From Promethearchaeota archaeon (GTDB taxonomy: Archaea > Asgardarchaeota > Lokiarchaeia > Sigyniarchaeales > SOKP01): DNA of 14,786 nucleotides. The position numbers were made by a program, and so were the translations under genes. Where the stretch lies: positions 1-14,786 of the forward strand of contig JBHLLU010000079.1 in the NCBI GenBank assembly GCA_048938895.1, given 5' to 3'. Positions within the stretch are counted from its first letter, which is position 1; every line of letters begins with the position of its first letter. Positions 8,443 through 14,786 of this stretch are shown piece by piece. The notes beneath the pieces are model-generated. The model had not been told where the DNA came from, did no database searches, and saw only the letters and a program-made list of their open reading frames with translations.

Positions 8443-9274
8443 GAGAGAGGTAAAATTGAAAAAAGAAAATGAAGTTATTCTATTAAAACTAGGTGGCGGC
8501 TTATTAACCGATAAAGATAAACCCTTGTTTATTAGAGAAGATATCGCAAAGAGCGTAATTCAACAAATAGTCAAAGCAAATGAAAAAGTAATTCTGATTC
8601 ATGGTGGTGGTTCTTTTGGGCATCCTCTAGCAAAAAAATATGATCTCATGAAAGGATTAGATCCCTCTATTTCCAATCAAATTTTTGGATTAACAGAAAC
8701 CCATCAAGCTATGGTTAATTTTAATTCTTACTTAGTTAATTTATTTCTTGAACGAAATTATCCTGCATTATCAATTCAACCCTCGAGTATTTTTAAAAAG
8801 GATAACAGGAAAATTACAATCATTAATATCAAGCTCATTGAAGATTTATTAGCTTTTAACATCCTTCCTATATTATATGGAGATATTATATTTGAAAATC
8901 ACACATCATTTTCGATATTATCTGGAGATCAAATTATCTTTAAGTTATGTGAAAAATTGAATAATTATCGGGTTTCGAAAGTTATATTCGCTATTGAAGT
9001 TGATGGATTATTTGTCAATGAAAAGGATCCTAAAAATAAAAAAATTAAACTAGTATCTGAGATACTTTCAAGCGAATTAGTTAATTTAGATTTAGCAGAT
9101 TTAGGAAAAAAAATAGACGTAACAGGTGGAATTCAAGGTAAAATTAACTCAATAAAAAAAATTTGTGCTTTCAAAATTCCAGTACAAATTGTTAATGGAC
9201 TTAAAGAAAATAATATATATAAATCGTTAAAGAATGAAAAAGTAATTAGTACCTATATAAAAATTAAGAACTAA
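8435..9274 (+). CDS. ipk: Isopentenyl phosphate kinase (amino-acid kinase family)
   Basis: LKLGGGLLTDK, IHGGGSFGH (IPK-specific His), PILYGD, ILSGD and DVTGGIQGK. Lies between mvk and fni and overlaps mvk by 8 nt. The start codon (TTG) is uncertain. Confidence 0.92.
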   Translation: MDKREVKLKKENEVILLKLGGGLLTDKDKPLFIREDIAKSVIQQIVKANEKVILIHGGGSFGHPLAKKYDLMKGLDPSISNQIFGLTETHQAMVNFNSYLVNLFLERNYPALSIQPSSIFKKDNRKITIINIKLIEDLLAFNILPILYGDIIFENHTSFSILSGDQIIFKLCEKLNNYRVSKVIFAIEVDGLFVNEKDPKNKKIKLVSEILSSELVNLDLADLGKKIDVTGGIQGKINSIKKICAFKIPVQIVNGLKENNIYKSLKNEKVISTYIKIKN

Positions 9275-9289
9275 CATATCTTATTAGAA

Positions 9290-10408
9290 ATGACTCAAAT
9301 AGAGAGAAAAAATATGTCAAAGGAGAATGATTCTAATAAAATAATGGAAAGAAAGTTAGAACATATCAAAATACCATTAGAGTATGATGTTCAACATTCT
9401 AAAAATTATTTTAGTGATATTAAATTAATCCATTACCCAATTCCAGACATAGATTTTGATGAAATTGATCTTACAGCAGAATTTTTTGAGAAAACTATTT
9501 CTGCTCCCATTTGTATTTCGGCTATAACAGGTGGACATCCCGTTTCAAAAGAGATCAATGAAATATTGGCAAAAGCAGCAGAAGAAGAAAACATAATTAT
9601 GAGTGTGGGAAGTCAACGGGCTGGTCTTGAAGATCCAAATCTATTAGACTCATTTAAAATTACCCGTCAAGTCGCTCCTACTATCCCAATCATTGGCAAT
9701 ATAGGAATTGGACAAGTTAGTGATATTAATTTTGATGTAGAGGATTTTAATAAATGCATAGAAATGGTTAAAGCTGATGTAATGGCAATTCACTTGAATA
9801 TATTACACGAATTGGTGCAGGATAAAGGAGATATATCATATAGACTTTTTCGAAAGAATTTCCAAAAGATCCGAGAAATGTATGATATTCCAATAATTGC
9901 AAAAGAAGTAGGAACTGGCTTCAACCAAGATTTAGCTCTTAACCTTGATAGACTTGGTTTTGATGGCTTTGACATTGGAGGAACAGGAGGAACTAGTTTT
10001 GCCGCAATTGAATCAAAACGTAAAAATTTCAACAATCAGCGATTTACTCGAGATCCATCAATAGTATTTAGGGAATGGGGTATCCCTACACCAGTAAGTG
10101 TTATTTATGTTAGAAAGGTCTCTCAAAAGCTTATAATTGCTACTGGGGGATTAAGAACTGGAATTGATATTGCTAAATCTATTGCACTTGGAGCAGATAT
10201 AGGTGGATTTGCATATAATTTTCTCCAATCAGCATGGAAAGATAGAAAAAATAATTCTATATCTCATACTGTTAAAGAAATAAGAACTCTAAAGAATGAG
10301 TTGAGATCGTGTTTATGGTTGATGAATTTAGATGAGATTGGAGAATTAAAAGGCAAAAGAGATAAATATGTTGTTCTAGGAAGCTTATATCGATGGTTAC
10401 ATCAATGA
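9290..10408 (+). CDS. fni: Isopentenyl-diphosphate delta-isomerase type 2 (FMN-dependent)
   Basis: RKLEHI, ISAITGG, VGSQR, GNIG, HLN, KEVGTG, GGTSFAAIE, EWGIPT and ATGGLRTGIDIAKSIALGA. The true start may be a later in-frame ATG. Confidence 0.95.
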   Translation: MTQIERKNMSKENDSNKIMERKLEHIKIPLEYDVQHSKNYFSDIKLIHYPIPDIDFDEIDLTAEFFEKTISAPICISAITGGHPVSKEINEILAKAAEEENIIMSVGSQRAGLEDPNLLDSFKITRQVAPTIPIIGNIGIGQVSDINFDVEDFNKCIEMVKADVMAIHLNILHELVQDKGDISYRLFRKNFQKIREMYDIPIIAKEVGTGFNQDLALNLDRLGFDGFDIGGTGGTSFAAIESKRKNFNNQRFTRDPSIVFREWGIPTPVSVIYVRKVSQKLIIATGGLRTGIDIAKSIALGADIGGFAYNFLQSAWKDRKNNSISHTVKEIRTLKNELRSCLWLMNLDEIGELKGKRDKYVVLGSLYRWLHQ

Positions 10409-10785
10409 ATATCTTCTAGTGAATCCTGAATAAGGTTTTCAAATTGAGAAAAGGCACTAAGTTGCCCTTTATAATTTTCTAACTTTATTGAATAAAGTTT
10501 TAAAAATTTCTTTGAAATTTTTTCTAATTCTCGGTTAATTTTTTTTTGTTTGAATTGTTTTGATGAATTTGCTACAAAGATTAAATCACTCTTTTTAATT
10601 AAAGTAAACCTTTTGTTATTCAATTCAAAATTAGATAAGCCGCCGTCAACCAATTCTTCGGCAAACATGTTCAATGCACTCATCATTGCCCCAAATAAAT
10701 GGGGGGACAGAGATTCATTGAAGGCTCTATGAAAAATTACAATTCCTGATTCTTTTACTATCCAAATATCCTGGAGCACCTTCAT
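10402..10785 (-). CDS. Asgard-type longin-like small protein (127 aa)
   Basis: Pattern DIWIVKESGIVIFHR...PHLFGAMMSALNMFAEE..GGLSNFEL...LIFVA...ELEKISKKFLKLY...YKGQLSAFSQF is a beta-beta-alpha-beta-beta-beta-alpha-alpha layout typical of lokiarchaeal longin-like proteins. ATG 10785 is 25 nt after the ubiX stop; the track's TTG 10851 overlaps ubiX. Confidence 0.65.
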   Translation of the reverse strand: MKVLQDIWIVKESGIVIFHRAFNESLSPHLFGAMMSALNMFAEELVDGGLSNFELNNKRFTLIKKSDLIFVANSSKQFKQKKINRELEKISKKFLKLYSIKLENYKGQLSAFSQFENLIQDSLEDIH

Positions 10786-10810
10786 TTGAAATCTTCTCTT
10801 TTCACATTTT

Positions 10811-11359
10811 CTAAGTAGAGCCCCATCGATTGATATTACTTTCAATCCCAATTTGATCTAATATTCTTCCTATGGTATAATCAATAAGCTCATCAACACT
10901 TTTTGGTTTTATATAGTAAGAAGGGATTGGTGGATATATGATCACACCTAACCTTGCCAATTTCAGCATATTTTCAAGATGAATAACACTGAATGGAGTC
11001 TCTCTGACGACCAATATTAATTTTCTTCTTTCCTTTATCATTACATCTGCAGCTCTTGAAATTAAATTATTCGCATAACCATTTGCTACTGCTGATAAGG
11101 TCTTCATTGAGCAAGGGATTATGATCATACAATCTATTTTATGAGAACCACTTGAGGGCGGTGCTAATAAATTATCAACTTCATAATTGATATCTGCTAA
11201 TTCACGAATATAAGAAACTTTATATTCTGTTTCAATGTTGATTATTTGTTCCGCAATTTTTGAAATTATTAAATCTGTCTTAATTTTCTTTTCTTTTAAT
11301 TTTTTTAATAGGTGAACAGCTAAATCAATTCCAGTTGCACCGGTAATTGCTACTAACAT
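10811..11359 (-). CDS. ubiX: Flavin prenyltransferase UbiX (prFMN synthase)
   Basis: VAITGATG, APPSSGS, IPCSMKTLSAVANGYANNLISRAADVMIKERRKLILVVRETP, HLENML and PPIPSYYIKP. An in-frame TAA lies immediately before the ATG, fixing the start. Confidence 0.96.
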   Translation of the reverse strand: MLVAITGATGIDLAVHLLKKLKEKKIKTDLIISKIAEQIINIETEYKVSYIRELADINYEVDNLLAPPSSGSHKIDCMIIIPCSMKTLSAVANGYANNLISRAADVMIKERRKLILVVRETPFSVIHLENMLKLARLGVIIYPPIPSYYIKPKSVDELIDYTIGRILDQIGIESNINRWGST

Positions 11360-11402
11360 TTAACAATACCTTGATTTGTTTAATAAACGAGAATATTAAT
11401 AC

Positions 11403-11419
11403 TGCTTTTAATATTTTTC
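11403..11419 (-). promoter_or_regulatory. Possible BRE/TATA promoter for ubiX-longin
   Basis: The minus strand reads GAAAAATATTAAAAGCA about 44 nt upstream of the ubiX ATG. A similar ATATTTAAAAGCA lies upstream of idsA (about 12592-12604). Confidence 0.35.
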
Positions 11420-11488
11420 ATGTTTTCTTTTTCTTATCCTTTACCATTTATATTAATCGAATATCTAAGATGTTCTTAAAAATATCCT

Positions 11489-12556
11489 TTAGAATTTTCT
11501 ATTCATAACAAAATTCAGTAGACTCTCAAAAAATTCTAATTCTGAGGAATTAATATGTGAGTTTAGATTTTCTAACGATGTAATTGCTTTTTGAAAATAA
11601 TCATATGCTAACTCTTTGCATGAACTAACTGAATCTGCTTCTGAAAACAAATCCTTAACTTCCTGAACATTTTCATTTGTCATATTTCTATTTTCTAGTA
11701 GTTGGATAAGCTTATTTCTTTTTTCGTTATTTAAATTGTTTAACGCAGTAAATTTGAGCGCAGTTAATTTATTCTCTCGAATATCACCATCAGTTGGTTT
11801 TCCAGTTACTTTTTCATCCCCGAAGGTACCTAAAATATCATCTATTATCTGAAAAATTCTCCCAAGATTGATACTATAAATAGAAAGATCTTTAAACCAC
11901 ACCTCACTTACCTGTGCATAATTTGCGCCTACTAATACTGATTTTTCAATTAATGCTCCTGTCTTTAGTGTTATCATTTCAATATAATCTGAAAGTGTTA
12001 AATTTGACCTATTTACCATATCCATTTCAATTAGAACTCCATCAGCTACTTCGATAAATGCTTGTTCATATAACTGTATTGCATTCAAATTTAACACTTT
12101 ATTGAAATCATTATTAAAATATGCTTCTAAACCCAGAAAGAAAGCAGAATCCCCCCCGATAATTCCTATTGAATTACCAAAATCTGAGGCTATCATCCTT
12201 TTTAATTTATATTTGTCATAATAATTCCTAAATCGGAAGTGAAATGCAGGGTTTCCCCTCCTAAAATCATCTTTATCAATTATATCATCATGAATTAGAG
12301 AGGCATTGTGAAGAAATTCAATACCCACACTTGGGATTATTATTTTCTCGTCGGGATTGTCCTTAAATGCATTATATGCGGCTATACATAATAAAGGACG
12401 AATTCTTTTTCCTCCTGCCAAAAAATAATCTTTTAATTCAGAATAGTAATCATTAAGAAACGGATTTTTGATGGTTAATAGTTTTCGTTTATAAATAGAT
12501 TCTATTGCCTTGTTAATTTTTTGCATGTATTTATTCACATAATCAGTAAACTTCAT
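11489..12556 (-). CDS. idsA: trans-Polyprenyl diphosphate synthase (IdsA/GGPP synthase family; chain length uncertain)
   Basis: GGKRIRP, first Asp-rich motif LIHDDIIDKDDFRRG, LKTGAL, second Asp-rich motif FQIIDDILG, and TGKPTDGDIRENK. Confidence 0.9.
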   Translation of the reverse strand: MKFTDYVNKYMQKINKAIESIYKRKLLTIKNPFLNDYYSELKDYFLAGGKRIRPLLCIAAYNAFKDNPDEKIIIPSVGIEFLHNASLIHDDIIDKDDFRRGNPAFHFRFRNYYDKYKLKRMIASDFGNSIGIIGGDSAFFLGLEAYFNNDFNKVLNLNAIQLYEQAFIEVADGVLIEMDMVNRSNLTLSDYIEMITLKTGALIEKSVLVGANYAQVSEVWFKDLSIYSINLGRIFQIIDDILGTFGDEKVTGKPTDGDIRENKLTALKFTALNNLNNEKRNKLIQLLENRNMTNENVQEVKDLFSEADSVSSCKELAYDYFQKAITSLENLNSHINSSELEFFESLLNFVMNRKF

Positions 12557-12753
12557 TATACAGTCAATTCCATCTGTGTTTATAATGATAATGCTTTTAA
12601 ATATAAAAGAAAAGTTTTTACTAGAATAAAAGTAATTTCAAATTATCAAGATTTTTAATTATTTTATAATTTTATAATGTATTTCGAGAATTTGAAGTTG
12701 TAATTAATAGAAGATATAGACAAATAATATCATAAATCGAGTAGAGAGACTTC

Positions 12754-14439
12754 TTGGTTGATTTGAAGAGTTTATTATCAAATAGGAAGAAAATGGGGCT
12801 ATTTATCGGTGTTTCAATAATTATAATTGGTGTAATCCCATTATTCTTTCTAACTTTTTTTCCCGAATTAAAACAGTCATATACAATAAAACCCTTAGCT
12901 TTAGAAACAGAAGATGGGGTATACATAAGTGCTTTTAAATACACCCCAAAAGGAGAAAAGAGTCACGGGGGAGTAGTTGTTGGTCATAGTTTTTTTGGTA
13001 ATAAGCTCAACATGCAACCCATAAGCATTGAATTAGCTAAACGAGGTTTTACAGTTATTAATATAGATTTCCGTGGACATGGTGCTTCCGGAGGATTTTT
13101 CGCACGTAATAAAGTAATTTTCGATATGAAGGCTGCTATTGATTATCTAGAAAATGATTTGTCTTATATTACAGAAATTGGACTTGTTGGGCATTCTTTA
13201 GGTGCATATGCCGCATTATCTCTATCAAACAGTTACCCTCATAGAATTAATTCAACTGTAGTCATTGGTGCTATCTCCACTAAAGTCTTAAATATATCAA
13301 ATCTTCTTATGATTTCAGGAAAGTTTGATCTTGGACTAACCGAAGATCAGCTCCTTGAGGTTTTAAGGATCTATACAGGTAGAGAAGATCCAGAAATTGG
13401 GGTTGTCTACGATGGAGACTTTATCAATGGAAATAACACAAAAGCGTATATTAGCCCATTTGCAGATCATTTATCAGAAGTTGTAGATTATTCTGTTATC
13501 TATCAAACAATTCAATGGCTTGAACAATCCTTTAACGGACAAAAAGGAAAGAATATCATCATTACGGCTCCTGCTTTACAATTTTTTTCTTATTTTTCTC
13601 TAGTTGGTATTATTATACTCAATTCAATATTTGTAGTCTATTTAGCTAACTTTTTATTCAAACGCAAAAAGAAAAATATTGATAAAAAAATATTGATTAA
13701 TTATAAGGAAATCTCAATCTATCGACTTATTTTACATTATACCTTCCTAGTGGAGTCAATACAAATTTTCATTTTTTTATTATTATCAACCCTCTCAGAA
13801 GATATATTATCTTGGTCTACAACCAGTCTTACATTATCCCTTATAATTGGAGCCTCAATTGGATCATTCCTTATGTATAATTTTATTTTGTTGAATACAA
13901 GACCAAAATATACTATAAAAGATTTTTTTTATAAGGCAAAATCAATGTCATCCTCTAATCCAGGACGTTCGATAATTTTCGGTTTTATAATAGTTCTTTT
14001 TTCTATTTTGTCAATAGCCGCGATATGGCATTGGTCAATTCAAAATACCTTACCGACATTAAGAGGTATAGGCAGTATTATCTTATTAACTATAATATCC
14101 TTTCCTTTTTTATTTATAAGAGAATTTTATTTTAGGAGTATTCAGAATAAATTACAGTATTCAACTCACTATGAAGAATATTTTGTCATGATAGGCATAG
14201 GAATTTTTATTGATAATTTTCTCATTTTGTGTATAATCATAGTGGGAAAATTAAATTTTGCTTATCTCCCCCCATATGCTCTGTATTTATTAGCTTGGGT
14301 GGTGTTTTCGATTATTCAAAATTGTACCGTTACATGGGTATATATTCAATCAAGAAATATCCTTGGCTCAACGATTTTTAGTTCAATATTCTATGCATGG
14401 ATGCTTGTTGTTTTCTTTCCTAGTTACGGATTTCTTTAA
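12754..14439 (+). CDS. Membrane-anchored alpha/beta hydrolase with C-terminal multi-pass membrane domain
   Basis: N-terminal hydrophobic helix after NRKK, DFRGHGASGG, nucleophile elbow GHSLG (13189-13203), candidate catalytic His in ADHLSEV, then roughly 8 hydrophobic segments. Start is either TTG 12754 or ATG 12793. Confidence 0.8.
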   Translation: MVDLKSLLSNRKKMGLFIGVSIIIIGVIPLFFLTFFPELKQSYTIKPLALETEDGVYISAFKYTPKGEKSHGGVVVGHSFFGNKLNMQPISIELAKRGFTVINIDFRGHGASGGFFARNKVIFDMKAAIDYLENDLSYITEIGLVGHSLGAYAALSLSNSYPHRINSTVVIGAISTKVLNISNLLMISGKFDLGLTEDQLLEVLRIYTGREDPEIGVVYDGDFINGNNTKAYISPFADHLSEVVDYSVIYQTIQWLEQSFNGQKGKNIIITAPALQFFSYFSLVGIIILNSIFVVYLANFLFKRKKKNIDKKILINYKEISIYRLILHYTFLVESIQIFIFLLLSTLSEDILSWSTTSLTLSLIIGASIGSFLMYNFILLNTRPKYTIKDFFYKAKSMSSSNPGRSIIFGFIIVLFSILSIAAIWHWSIQNTLPTLRGIGSIILLTIISFPFLFIREFYFRSIQNKLQYSTHYEEYFVMIGIGIFIDNFLILCIIIVGKLNFAYLPPYALYLLAWVVFSIIQNCTVTWVYIQSRNILGSTIFSSIFYAWMLVVFFPSYGFL

Positions 14440-14472
14440 ATAATATTCATATCTTAACTATTTATTATAAAA

Positions 14473-14784
14473 TCATTCTATTAATTCATAATTAAGTTTT
14501 AAAGTAACTATAACATTAGGTTCTAATTCGATTTTGAGGTTGTTGTGATTATAAGTAGTGATTTCTGCTTTTATCTCGTTCTTAGGTTCCTCTTCAAGTA
14601 AATTAACTATCTTGGCATTTTTAATGAGAATTTTTTCATAGAAGGTTAGATTCGCCTTTTGGGATTTAGATGATATATTAAATACTCTAAGAATAATGTC
14701 GTTTCCTTCTTCTGCTCTTTTCAAGGCACTTAAATTTATTAATTTATTATCAATATTAAGAAAAGATAGGGAGGCAGGGAGATA
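14473..14784 (-). CDS. C-terminal fragment of a GH38 alpha-mannosidase-like protein (gene continues beyond the window)
   Basis: The frame is open to the window edge: YLPASLSFLNIDNKLINLSALKRAEEGNDIILRVFN...NLLEEE...ELEPNVIVTLKL, matching the GH38 C-terminal beta-sandwich pattern (LKxAEdg..ilRlye...nLLEe). Confidence 0.75.
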   Translation of the reverse strand, partial: YLPASLSFLNIDNKLINLSALKRAEEGNDIILRVFNISSKSQKANLTFYEKILIKNAKIVNLLEEEPKNEIKAEITTYNHNNLKIELEPNVIVTLKLNYELIE

Positions 14785-14786
14785 AG

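Noticed and set aside
9790-10035. 81 aa minus-strand ORF
   Set aside because: Antisense shadow of fni.
10550-10732. 60 aa plus-strand ORF
   Set aside because: Antisense to the longin-like gene.
12672-12944. 90 aa minus-strand ORF
   Set aside because: Mostly antisense to the hydrolase N-terminus, with no family features.
1-14786. CRISPR arrays, tRNA/rRNA, IS elements, tandem repeats
   Set aside because: None seen. The window is almost fully coding, with short non-repetitive spacers.

Overview
AT-rich archaeal DNA, most likely Asgard/Lokiarchaeia-like (inferred from an Asgard-type longin-like gene and archaeal pathway content). About 12.3 kb of the window is a mevalonate (MVA)/isoprenoid supercluster. 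The + strand carries HMG-CoA synthase with a C-terminal Zn-ribbon/OB (DUF35-like) extension, a haloarchaea/Chloroflexi-type phosphomevalonate decarboxylase (PMD), class II HMG-CoA reductase, a UbiD-family anhydromevalonate-phosphate decarboxylase, both AcnX subunits (phosphomevalonate dehydratase), mevalonate kinase, isopentenyl phosphate kinase and type 2 IPP isomerase. Converging on the - strand are a polyprenyl diphosphate synthase, UbiX and a longin-like gene. A membrane alpha/beta hydrolase and the 3' end of a GH38 alpha-mannosidase close the window. The main observation is that two normally alternative routes from mevalonate-5-phosphate to isopentenyl phosphate (one-step ATP-dependent PMD versus Fe-S AcnX + prFMN UbiD/UbiX) are both intact in one cluster. 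The HMG-CoA synthase and mevalonate kinase also show eukaryote-like motifs. All family calls come from motif recognition and recalled reference sequences; no database searches were run.
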